The notes beneath the pieces were generated by a model. That model ran no database searches and had not been told where the DNA came from. It saw only the letters and a program-made list of their open reading frames with translations. A stretch of DNA of 52,983 nucleotides from Candidatus Sungiibacteriota bacterium (GTDB lineage: Bacteria > Patescibacteriota > Minisyncoccia > Sungbacterales > HO2-52-23), in assembly GCA_016186095.1 (NCBI GenBank), contig JACPMG010000011.1:1-52983 (forward strand). The letters run 5' to 3'. The translations under genes and the position numbers were made by a program. Shown here one piece after another: positions 24,625-32,987 of the stretch. How positions within the stretch are numbered: position 1 is the stretch's first letter; each line of letters starts with the position of its first letter.

Positions 24625-25197
24625 TCACTGATAATACGTTTTTGCTTTGATAGCTATATCCAATGCCGATTCTTTCTCCGGTGATACAAAGGAGATGTTT
24701 TCTACGTCAATCAAGCGGAGATTTTTTTCCAGGTCGCTCAGGAATTCTTTTAATGCTCCATAGGTGCCGGAGATAGAAATCCCTACCGGAAATTCGTTAA
24801 TGCCGCCGCCTTTGGGGATAGAAACTGGCGCGCCGCCGGGCCTGGGCTGTCCGCCAGCGGAGACGGCAGGCGCCGCAGTGCTTGATAGATCGATTCGCCG
24901 CAAGACAAGATTGCTTTCTGCGGCCATGCGCTCCAAGGACACCAGAAAATCAGCGGCATTAACTCCGTTGGGCAGCGCCAGGTCAATGCGGTCCAGATTG
25001 TCGGCTGACACCGAGTTTATTAAATTAAGGAGCGCATCGCGATTTTGGATTAGCGTATCAAATTCCGCGCTGATACCGCCAAGCGCTGTTAAATCTTCCC
25101 TCAGGCTCCTGAAATTCTGCCATTGAGGAGCAAGATAAAAAAGGCCCAGGACAGCTGTCCCAAAAAGCAGAATGATAGTTATGAGCAGACGAGGCAT
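24625..25197 (-). CDS. pilO: pilus assembly protein PilO-like
   Basis: 190 aa. N-terminal transmembrane helix, then coiled-coil, then a ferredoxin-like C-terminus. Placed after pilM and pilN. Confidence 0.65.
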   Translation of the reverse strand: MPRLLITIILLFGTAVLGLFYLAPQWQNFRSLREDLTALGGISAEFDTLIQNRDALLNLINSVSADNLDRIDLALPNGVNAADFLVSLERMAAESNLVLRRIDLSSTAAPAVSAGGQPRPGGAPVSIPKGGGINEFPVGISISGTYGALKEFLSDLEKNLRLIDVENISFVSPEKESALDIAIKAKTYYQ

Positions 25198-25209
25198 AGT
25201 GTTTTGCCG

Positions 25210-25230
25210 GTTACTAGTTACCAGTTACTA
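25210..25230. repeat. 3 x 7 nt GTTACCA-type array in the pilN-pilO spacer
   Basis: GTTACTA GTTACCA GTTACTA. Confidence 0.75.
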
Positions 25231-25239
25231 TTCATTAAT

Positions 25240-25788
25240 TTACGGGCGCAGATGCAGAATGGACGGCTTAAAAATTATGGCCATTTTAAAATTTGCCAGG
25301 TTTTTGGCACCGATGGACAGGCCGCCGAATTCCACCGTCTCAATGTTGGGATCTCCTTCCAGCAGGGCAATTTGTTCGGCCAGCACCGCATAGCTTGCCG
25401 CTTCTCCGGTCATGTCGAGTTTTCCCGCGCTGCCGCTGAAATTAAAGTTTAAAAATCTAACCCGCGGGTGGGTATGCGTTTCAAGAAAATTCAAAATATT
25501 TGAAGGAAAAGAGTGCTGGGAAAGAAGAGCGCGCATTGATTTGAGGCGAGCATCCAGAAGAAAAATTTGATTTAAAAGTTCAGGCCTCAATTCTTCCTCT
25601 TTTGTTTTTACCTGTGCTATGAGTTCATCTCGCGCCTTGCCCTGCGCATTATTCAATAACCAAAGGCCTCCGTATCCGGCAGAGGCGAGAAAAAAGGCAA
25701 GAAGAGAAAAATAGAAGAGGATGGATCCGCCGCGGCGCATCTGCAGTGTCTGCAGCGGAGATTCTTTTTTGAGAAGTAGATCGGCCAT
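25240..25788 (-). CDS. pilN: pilus assembly protein PilN-like
   Basis: 182 aa. One transmembrane helix after a short cytoplasmic N-terminus. Directly downstream of pilM. Confidence 0.65.
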   Translation of the reverse strand: MADLLLKKESPLQTLQMRRGGSILFYFSLLAFFLASAGYGGLWLLNNAQGKARDELIAQVKTKEEELRPELLNQIFLLDARLKSMRALLSQHSFPSNILNFLETHTHPRVRFLNFNFSGSAGKLDMTGEAASYAVLAEQIALLEGDPNIETVEFGGLSIGAKNLANFKMAIIFKPSILHLRP

Positions 25789-25862
25789 ATAGACTACGAA
25801 TTACGTATTTTTACGAATGTACGAATTCGTACTTTCATACGATTCGCTATTCGTGGTGATCA
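25789..25862. repeat. TACGAAT cassette, copy B
   Basis: ACTACGAATTACGTATTTTTACGAATGTACGAATTCGTAC...GCTATTCGTGGTGATCA. About 45 nt match copy A with 2 mismatches. Confidence 0.85.
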
Positions 25863-26966
25863 ACGGGTGGTGATTTCTCTTAAGGCCAGTCCGGCAGCGA
25901 CCGAGAAACTGGGACCGATTTCCCGCAAGGTGGGCTGCATAAAAGCCGGCGTTACCATTCGCGCAAATGGGTTTCCCCGCGACACTTCCACCCCGAACTT
26001 TCCGCTTACATAATCCACAATACCTTTAAGATTTGAGCCGCCGCCCGTAAGGTTGATTTTCTGAATTTTCCTCGGCGCCTTTCGATTGTAGAGGGCGATC
26101 ATACGCTCTATTTCAGCAAACAGGGTTTCTACGAGGGGAGCCATAATGGAAGTTATTTCCCGTTCCTCGATTCTCTCGGAAAGGCCGGTTGTCCGTTTGA
26201 TTTCCTCCGCGCGTTCCCTGGTAATATTCATGCCTCGCTCCAGCGCCCTTGTCAGCTCCTGCGATCCACGGCTGAAGTTGTGGGATATGCGTACCCGTCC
26301 TCTGTCTACCAGCGAAAGCGTGGTTGAGGTCTGGCCTAAATTTATAATAGCGGTGGGCGTGGGATCTGTCCCCATTAAGGAACGTACGATGCTGAATGTT
26401 TCAACCTCCAGGGCTCTCGCATGAATTCCAGCAAGCTCAGCGACGCGTTTGTATTTTTCCACTATCTCGCGGGGTACGGCCACCAGCAATACGTCAATCG
26501 TATCCGTCTCCGCCTCGGACTCAAATATATCCCAGTCAAGTACTACCTCTGCGGCGGGAATTGGCACGTATTTTCTCGCTTCATACGGGACGGCCGCGTC
26601 TATTTCTCTCTTAGAGATTCGCGGGAAAGATATTAAGGTTATGAAACTTGCTTCTGCCGGTACGGAAAGCACGGCCTCTTTTGTCGTAACATTCGATTCC
26701 CTAAGAAGATCTTTAAGGAGCGAGGATATATCGCTGTCAAGATAGCGTAAAAATCCCCCTCCGCCGCCGGCGCTTTTTAAATATCCCTCGGTAAGCAGTT
26801 CGCCGTAGGTCTCCAATATGGCGCGTTCGGACTCATACTTTAATTGTACCACCTTGGCCGAATGTGTTCCAATGTCAATGCCAATAACGCTCGTGGGTTT
26901 ACCGAATATAAACCCGAGCGAAAATTTGGGAAAAGTAATTTTTTTGAAAAAGGGGATATCCACCAT
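25860..26966 (-). CDS. pilM: type IV pilus assembly ATPase-fold protein PilM
   Basis: 368 aa with an actin-like fold: IGIDIGTHSAKVVQL, INLTGGGSNLKG. Confidence 0.88.
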   Translation of the reverse strand: MVDIPFFKKITFPKFSLGFIFGKPTSVIGIDIGTHSAKVVQLKYESERAILETYGELLTEGYLKSAGGGGGFLRYLDSDISSLLKDLLRESNVTTKEAVLSVPAEASFITLISFPRISKREIDAAVPYEARKYVPIPAAEVVLDWDIFESEAETDTIDVLLVAVPREIVEKYKRVAELAGIHARALEVETFSIVRSLMGTDPTPTAIINLGQTSTTLSLVDRGRVRISHNFSRGSQELTRALERGMNITRERAEEIKRTTGLSERIEEREITSIMAPLVETLFAEIERMIALYNRKAPRKIQKINLTGGGSNLKGIVDYVSGKFGVEVSRGNPFARMVTPAFMQPTLREIGPSFSVAAGLALREITTR

Positions 26967-27021
26967 CTGCTGTCCATTATATGATATTTTCAGCCGCAGA
27001 GCACTAGTTTATAATACCTCT

Positions 27022-27735
27022 ATGTCAATTTTATCCCTTAAAAAAGCCATTCTGGACCTTGTTTTCCCGGTTCGGTGTCTTGGCTGCGGCCAGGAGGGTG
27101 ATTTTTGTTGTGTATCTTGCCGATCCCGACTCTATTTCATTCCTCCGACCTGCTTTGTATGCAAAAAGATGGTTCCGGCTAAGAAAAGAGCTCCTCCCGG
27201 AAGAACCTGTACTGCGTGCCGTAAAAAGTCCAGTATATACGCGTTTTTATCCCCATTTTTATATAATGATGAGGTCATACGCGGACTGGTTTCTTCACTG
27301 AAATATCAGAGAGTTAAGTCCTTGGGCCCGACATTGGGCGATATGCTTACGGAATATCAGCAGAAATTTGATGTTTCCCTGCCCAGGGGCGCCCTTTTTA
27401 TACCTATTCCGCTTCATACCGGCAGACAGCGCATTCGCGGCTTTAATCAGGCCGAACTCATTGCCAAGCGTCTCGGAGAACGCTTGGGCCTCGCCATGGA
27501 GACAGGAGCTTTACTAAAGGTCAAAAAAACAACTCCGCAGGTGGAGTTATCGGCCGAGGAAAGGCGCAAAAATGTGATAGATACATTTGCCGTGAGCAAG
27601 GCCATGGCCGTAAAAGGGAGAACCGTTTTACTGCTTGATGACGTGAAGACGACCGGCGCCACCCTGGAGGAGGCGGCGCGAGTATTGAAAGAGGCCGGAG
27701 CCAAAAAGATATGGGCGATTACCGTTGCTCATTAA
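27022..27735 (+). CDS. comFC: ComF-family phosphoribosyltransferase
   Basis: N-terminal zinc-finger Cys pairs (CLGCG...CVSC...CFVC...CTAC) and the PRTase motif VLLLDDVKTTGATL. Start at MSILSLKK (27022), not the antisense-overlapping track start. Confidence 0.85.
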   Translation: MSILSLKKAILDLVFPVRCLGCGQEGDFCCVSCRSRLYFIPPTCFVCKKMVPAKKRAPPGRTCTACRKKSSIYAFLSPFLYNDEVIRGLVSSLKYQRVKSLGPTLGDMLTEYQQKFDVSLPRGALFIPIPLHTGRQRIRGFNQAELIAKRLGERLGLAMETGALLKVKKTTPQVELSAEERRKNVIDTFAVSKAMAVKGRTVLLLDDVKTTGATLEEAARVLKEAGAKKIWAITVAH

Positions 27736-27763
27736 ATAAAACACCGCTGGGCGAGCCAGGCGG

Positions 27764-28144
27764 TTAGGTAAAGATTTTTTTCAGTGCTTCGGTGCCGAAC
27801 CCTTGCACCAACGCAAGGTCAGGTTTTGTAACCCGTAGGAGCTGCTTATTAGAATATGCACGCCTGTTACGAATTATACGGTTTCCGTCCAGGCCTTCCC
27901 TGCCGTTCAATACAACATAAGGGGCTGCGGTTGCAAAAAGCGTTCGGTTACGCATCCTCCTAATTCTTTTGAGCGATCTTTTCAGAAGATCAAGCATTTT
28001 TTGTTTTGCGGCCATATCATCTTTTGCTTCGAAATCAATGTCTTTGATAAGTAAGCGGGGTGAACGGCGAGGGGTATCCAGAAAGATCAATATTAAGTTC
28101 CACTTTTCCTTTCCATCCGCAGTCAGCGCTCTTTCAAGAGCCAT
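27764..28144 (-). CDS. hypothetical protein with a C-terminal helix-hairpin-helix-like motif
   Basis: 126 aa. LALVQGFGTEALKKI fits hxxhxGhGxxxAxxh. GGAG lies 9 nt before the ATG. Confidence 0.45.
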   Translation of the reverse strand: MALERALTADGKEKWNLILIFLDTPRRSPRLLIKDIDFEAKDDMAAKQKMLDLLKRSLKRIRRMRNRTLFATAAPYVVLNGREGLDGNRIIRNRRAYSNKQLLRVTKPDLALVQGFGTEALKKIFT

Positions 28145-28256
28145 GCCTTGGTCTCCAGTTCAAAAAATCAAGAGCCAAAACAAAAATAGCACAACCCGTG
28201 CTTTTTGTCCATGTTGTGTTTTGTAGACATCAGGTGTCTACACAGATGCAAAAGTT

Positions 28257-28282
28257 CAATACGCCACCCGGGTGGCGTATTG
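28257..28282. terminator. perfect 26-nt GC-rich palindrome downstream of pilB
   Basis: CAATACGCCACCC|GGGTGGCGTATTG, 24 nt after the pilB stop. Two more hairpins follow in the sense direction, and the last carries a T-run. Confidence 0.55.
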
Positions 28283-28305
28283 AAAAACTTCAGCATGGTG
28301 CGTTT

Positions 28306-30063
28306 TTATTCGCTAGTAACCCGCAATACCTCCTCAATGGATGTTATCTTTTGCGCGGCTTTGATGAATCCTTCCTCGAGCATGGTGAGCATGCCTTCTT
28401 CCCGGCCCCGTTTTTCAATATCATCCGACGTTGAGTTTTTCATGACGAGTTCCTTTATGGATTCGGACATCTCCAACACCTCATGTATTCCAATCCGGCC
28501 TTTATACCCTTCGGGACACTCTTCTCCTTTTTGCGGCCTTCCCCATTCCACTTTCTCAATGGCGGTTTTCGCGTCAACTATTTTTTCGCGTTTCAAAACC
28601 TCCAGTACACGATCAAGATTAATGTCTTTTTGGAGACTGGTGATTTCTCCACGCGATAGCTTGTAGGCTTCATGCTCTGGGCATAACCGCCGTACTAAAC
28701 GTTGCGAGATGATGGCGGTGACAGTAGAGGCAATCAAAAACGGCTCTACCTTCATGTCCAGTAACCGCGGGAGCGCTCCGGCCGCGGAATTAGTATGCAG
28801 AGTCGATAGCACTAAATGGCCGGTGAGCGCTGCGTTTATGGCGAGCCCCGCGGTTTCATTATCGCGGATCTCGCCCACCATGATTATATTTGGATCCTGG
28901 CGCAGGAGCGAACGCAGGCCGTTGGCAAAAGATAGTCCAATGTCCGGGCGGACCTGCGTTTGGTTTATATGCGGGATGCGATATTCGATCGGATCTTCAA
29001 CGGTGGAGATATTGACGCCGGGCTTATTCAGCATTTCCAGAATCGTATAAAGAGTGGTGGTTTTTCCCGAGCCGGTGGGGCCGGTGGCTAGTATTATTCC
29101 GGTCGGACGCCTGATGGCGCGCTGGATTCTTTCTAGGTTCTCGCCCCAAAATCCGAGCTCCTCCAGAGCAAATCCTTTAACGCTTTCCGGCAGAAGCCGC
29201 ATCACTATTTTTTCTCCGTCAAATACCGGCAGTACAGATACGCGGAAAGAAATCCTGTATTCTTCATTTTCAACTTTAAATCTGCCGTCCTGCGGCAGGC
29301 GGTGCTCGTCGAGTTTTAGATTGGACATTACTTTGATGCGCGCGACCAGGCCCGGGGCGATTTGTTTGGGAAGAGTCATCGCGTCGTGCAGTATCCCGTC
29401 TATGCGGTAGCGTACCAGTACCTCTTTTTCCATGGGCTCGACGTGTATGTCAGAGGCGCTTTGCAATATGGCGTGGCGGATTAGGGTATCCACGATGCGG
29501 ATAACCGGAAGATCTTCGGCCAGTTTTTTTAAATTCTCCGTTTCTGTATCTCCTTTATCTCCTCTTGTCTCCGTCGCGACTTTGAGTGTGTCCGCCTCTT
29601 TCTTAAGAATTTCTCCGAACTCTGCTTCCAGCGTCTTCTGATATTGTCGTAGAATATGCTGTATTGATTCACTCGTGGTCAGGCGGGGAAGAATCCGCAG
29701 GCCCTCTTTTTTCCGGATAAACTCTATAGTTTGAATATCGTCCGGGTCGATCATGGCCACCTCTAAATCGCCGTCCGTTTTTTTGAAAGCAATTATATTG
29801 TGCTTGCGGGCTATGGGCTCGGGTATAATGCGAAGAATTTGTGGAGGGATTGTCTCGCGGGTGAGATCAACAAAGGGTATGCCAAGTATATAGGCCTCAA
29901 GGCGTTTAAGTTCGTCTTCCTTGGCGTAACCTTTATTGAGCAGGACCTCGCGTAGTGTCTTGCCCAGTTTTACCGCTTCTTCTTCCGCTTCTTTCAAGAG
30001 ATCGGTTTTGATGAGCCCTGAGTCCAGGAGAAATGCTTTGAGTTGAGATTCTTCAACGCGCAT
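28306..30063 (-). CDS. pilB: type IV pilus assembly ATPase PilB (GspE family), intact
   Basis: 585 aa. T2SSE_N domain, Walker A GPTGSGKTTT, MVGEIRD, TGHLVLSTLHTN and tetra-Cys CPEH...CPEG. Confidence 0.93.
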   Translation of the reverse strand: MRVEESQLKAFLLDSGLIKTDLLKEAEEEAVKLGKTLREVLLNKGYAKEDELKRLEAYILGIPFVDLTRETIPPQILRIIPEPIARKHNIIAFKKTDGDLEVAMIDPDDIQTIEFIRKKEGLRILPRLTTSESIQHILRQYQKTLEAEFGEILKKEADTLKVATETRGDKGDTETENLKKLAEDLPVIRIVDTLIRHAILQSASDIHVEPMEKEVLVRYRIDGILHDAMTLPKQIAPGLVARIKVMSNLKLDEHRLPQDGRFKVENEEYRISFRVSVLPVFDGEKIVMRLLPESVKGFALEELGFWGENLERIQRAIRRPTGIILATGPTGSGKTTTLYTILEMLNKPGVNISTVEDPIEYRIPHINQTQVRPDIGLSFANGLRSLLRQDPNIIMVGEIRDNETAGLAINAALTGHLVLSTLHTNSAAGALPRLLDMKVEPFLIASTVTAIISQRLVRRLCPEHEAYKLSRGEITSLQKDINLDRVLEVLKREKIVDAKTAIEKVEWGRPQKGEECPEGYKGRIGIHEVLEMSESIKELVMKNSTSDDIEKRGREEGMLTMLEEGFIKAAQKITSIEEVLRVTSE

Positions 30064-30144
30064 GCGGTCTCGATGCCAATATGCGAATGAATACCAATTA
30101 TACGAATTCGTATCATTGGTAAATTAGTATATTCGTATCGATAC
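30064..30144. repeat. NNCGAAT/CCAAT cassette E, running into the 3' end of the response-regulator gene
   Basis: TGCCAAT aTGCGAAT gaaTACCAAT, then a 26-nt palindrome (30094-30119) centred on GAATTC, then GTATATTCGTATCGATAC. That last stretch encodes the final residues VSIRIY. Confidence 0.75.
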
Positions 30145-30447
30145 TTTAGTGGTGGCGCCGAGCTGTAGTGCCTTCTCTACGTCCGTGCTTCCTTCAAGAT
30201 TGGTCAAAATCACCACCGGAATATTCTTGGTTGCCTCATCGCGTTTTAGCTCCTGCAAAACCTCAAAGCCGTCTTTTTTGGGCAGAATCAGATCAAGAAG
30301 GATCAAGTCCGGCTTTTCTTCTTTGGCCAAACGCAATCCGATCTCTCCGTCAAGAGCCGATGACATCTGGTATCCTTCTTCGGAAAGAATCTGGGTCGCG
30401 GCGCGTTGAAGCGCGGATTCATCCTCTATGAAAAGTATCTTCTTCAT
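30124..30447 (-). CDS. receiver-only response regulator, C-terminally truncated
   Basis: 107 aa. DES..., LLDLILPKKDG, then ends LQLGATTKVSIRIY*. The two paralogs continue GADDYxIKAHF plus about 20 more residues. Confidence 0.7.
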   Translation of the reverse strand: MKKILFIEDESALQRAATQILSEEGYQMSSALDGEIGLRLAKEEKPDLILLDLILPKKDGFEVLQELKRDEATKNIPVVILTNLEGSTDVEKALQLGATTKVSIRIY

Positions 30448-30545
30448 GGGTTACTACGAATTACGAATTTTTACGAATGTACGAATGAACAAATTAGTAT
30501 TCGTATATTCGTACTGATTAGTAATTCGTAGTGATCATTATTTTG
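30448..30545. repeat. TACGAAT cassette, copy C
   Basis: ACTACGAATTACGAATTTTTACGAATGTACGAAT...GTAATTCGTAGTGATCA. Perfect 12-bp terminal inverted repeat ACTACGAATTAC/GTAATTCGTAGT and a 15-bp inner stem. Confidence 0.85.
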
Positions 30546-30923
30546 TTAAACATATCTTTTCGCTATAAGGGCTGATACCCTCTCCACAATTTCATCAAGA
30601 ATGAAGTGTGCCTTGATAAGGTAATCGTCTGCTCCCAATGATCTTGCTCGATCTACGTGTTCTTGTTCTCCCAGGTTGGAAAGGACGATCACCGGGATAT
30701 TTTTACTTGCCGGGTTTTTGCGGATTTCTTGCAGAATTTGGAAGCCATCCACGCCCGGCATCACGAGATCAAGCAGCACGGCGTGAGGCACTTCTTGGGC
30801 AAGATGCTCCATGGCGTCTTTGCCGCCCGCAGTTTCTTTGACCTGGAATCCTTCCCGGGCGAGTTTTTCCGCAAGAAGTTTTCGAAGGAAGGCGTCATCC
30901 TCGATTATAAGGATTTTGTACAT
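30546..30923 (-). CDS. receiver-only response regulator
   Basis: 125 aa: IIEDD, LLDLVMPGVDG, GADDYLIKAHF. Confidence 0.88.
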   Translation of the reverse strand: MYKILIIEDDAFLRKLLAEKLAREGFQVKETAGGKDAMEHLAQEVPHAVLLDLVMPGVDGFQILQEIRKNPASKNIPVIVLSNLGEQEHVDRARSLGADDYLIKAHFILDEIVERVSALIAKRYV

Positions 30924-30926
30924 ATA

Positions 30927-32987
30927 TTATGATGGCGTATATGGGCGGGCGGCGCGGTTATTTTTAGGAAGAGAGAATTGAAACATACTTCCTTTTCCTA
31001 CCTCTGATTCTACTTCAATGGTACCGCGGTGTCCAACGATAATGTTGTGGGAGATAAAAAGTCCTAAGCCCGATCCTCCCGGCTGCATTTTGGTGGCCTG
31101 GGACGAGCGATAGAACTTGGTAAAAAGCCGCTCACGTTCCTTCGGAGGTATGCCGATACCGGTATCTTGTATGTTTACCAGAAGCGCCTCTGGTTTTTCC
31201 TCTAGGCTTACTTGTACCTTGCCGCCGCTTGGCGTATAGGCCAAGGCGTTTTCAATGAGGTTTTGAAGCACCATCTCTATTTTTTGGCGATCCAGGGGAA
31301 TCGCGGGGAGCGGCCCTTTTGGTTTCTGAAAAAAGAGCTCTACGTTTCTCTTGGCGGCGATATCTTTGAAGGAAGAAACGGCCTTTTCCGTGAGTGACGC
31401 GAGGTCTTCTTCCAGGAAAGATAGTTCAAATCGCCCTTCTTCTATGCGCGACACGTTAAGGAGGTCGTTGACGAGCTGGATCAGGCGCTCATTGGTGTCG
31501 TAGCTTGATTGCAGATATTCTCGTTGTTCTGACTTAAGCGATCCGAGATCTCCGTCAAGGATAAGCCGGAGCGCCCATTTTACGGCCGAGAGCGGGGTAC
31601 GAAGCTGGTGGGCGGCGATGGATATGAATTCCGACTTGAGGCGCGAGAGTACTCGCTCGCGCGTCATATCCCGCAGCACAAAAAGGATTTGTCGATGGGC
31701 AGTTTCTTCTTGCGAGAGCATCACGGTATCGAGTGCCAGATAAAGCTCGGCGGGGGCAGTAATGGCCACCTCGCGCCTGGGCACGATACTTTTAAAAATT
31801 CCGTTTGGGGCATCGGTTGGAAAGAAAATTTTAGGGAGAAGCCCCCAGAAGGTATTTTTGTCATCGCCGGGACGGATGGTACGGGAAGTGATCTCTCCCT
31901 CCAGCAGAAGTAGGTCGCGAGCCCGCGCATTGGCGAGCAATACCTTTCCTTCGCTATCGGTAACAATGAGGCCGTCGCTTAAATTGGCGATGATTTCCGC
32001 CTTTTCGCCCCGTTCTTTTTTGAGTTCCCGAAAGAGTGATAGGAAGGAACGGGCGCTAAGGATGAGAAGGAAAATCAGCAGGGAGGTTATACCCGCGACA
32101 ATAAGATTTAAGCGAAGAACCGACGTTGATGCCTCAAAGAATTCCTGTTCTGGTTCCTCCGCCACCACTCCCCAGCCAAATGTTAAGGCGCGGGCAACGG
32201 CAAAAACGTTTTTGCCTCGTTCGTTGGAATAGCTGCCGGAAATAATCCGGATAGGATTCCCGGATTCTTCCCGAAGAATTTCTGCGATTATCTCTCGATT
32301 TTTTAAGCTGGCCACGGTGAGCGCGAATTGCCTGTCCGGATGCGCGACAAGATTCCCCATGCTGTCCACTACGTAAACTGCTCCCCGGGCGCCGACCTTA
32401 ATTTGCGAGACCGCATCCCATATTTTACGAAGATCAAGATCGGCCATCATAACGCCGATCACTATATCAATTTCATCCATGATAGGAATGGCAAGTTGGG
32501 TGGCGGGGATTGCGCCGAAACTCACCCGTGCTCTGCCTACATGAGAACGCCCGGCGCGCGCGTTTTCAAAAGCATCTTCGCCTACGGCCTCTTTCAGGTC
32601 CTGCTTGCCAAATGTGACTAATCGGGAGGAGACGGTGAGATCTTTGCCCGCGGCATTCAGAATCCGTATTTTTTGAAACTCCGGATAACGATGTAGGAAG
32701 AGAGAGGCCTTCTCCTCGCGGCTGACAGGATCAGAAAAATCTATGGCTACACTGCTGGCGAGTTCTTCCAATAGGAGGAATCGTGTGTTAACAAATCCAT
32801 CCAGCTCCACGGCGGCGCGTTCAAGTATGGCCGTGTGGCTTTCAAGCTCCTTGGCGACAATAGATTGATAGTTTGAAAAAGAAAGAAAGGCGTACAGACC
32901 CAAAAGCGCGAGCCCGATGCCGATGACGCTCGCGGTAAGATAGGCTTCTGACGCCCGAAGTGATCGTAGAGGGCTAGGGATTGCCAT
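30927..32987 (-). CDS. sensor histidine kinase with a large extracytoplasmic domain
   Basis: 686 aa. Two transmembrane helices flank a ~260-aa periplasmic-type domain, then a PAS-like region, an H-box SIAAHQLRTPL, and N/G boxes (NLIENALAYT, DTGIGI, GSGLGL). Confidence 0.88.
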   Translation of the reverse strand: MAIPSPLRSLRASEAYLTASVIGIGLALLGLYAFLSFSNYQSIVAKELESHTAILERAAVELDGFVNTRFLLLEELASSVAIDFSDPVSREEKASLFLHRYPEFQKIRILNAAGKDLTVSSRLVTFGKQDLKEAVGEDAFENARAGRSHVGRARVSFGAIPATQLAIPIMDEIDIVIGVMMADLDLRKIWDAVSQIKVGARGAVYVVDSMGNLVAHPDRQFALTVASLKNREIIAEILREESGNPIRIISGSYSNERGKNVFAVARALTFGWGVVAEEPEQEFFEASTSVLRLNLIVAGITSLLIFLLILSARSFLSLFRELKKERGEKAEIIANLSDGLIVTDSEGKVLLANARARDLLLLEGEITSRTIRPGDDKNTFWGLLPKIFFPTDAPNGIFKSIVPRREVAITAPAELYLALDTVMLSQEETAHRQILFVLRDMTRERVLSRLKSEFISIAAHQLRTPLSAVKWALRLILDGDLGSLKSEQREYLQSSYDTNERLIQLVNDLLNVSRIEEGRFELSFLEEDLASLTEKAVSSFKDIAAKRNVELFFQKPKGPLPAIPLDRQKIEMVLQNLIENALAYTPSGGKVQVSLEEKPEALLVNIQDTGIGIPPKERERLFTKFYRSSQATKMQPGGSGLGLFISHNIIVGHRGTIEVESEVGKGSMFQFSLPKNNRAARPYTPS

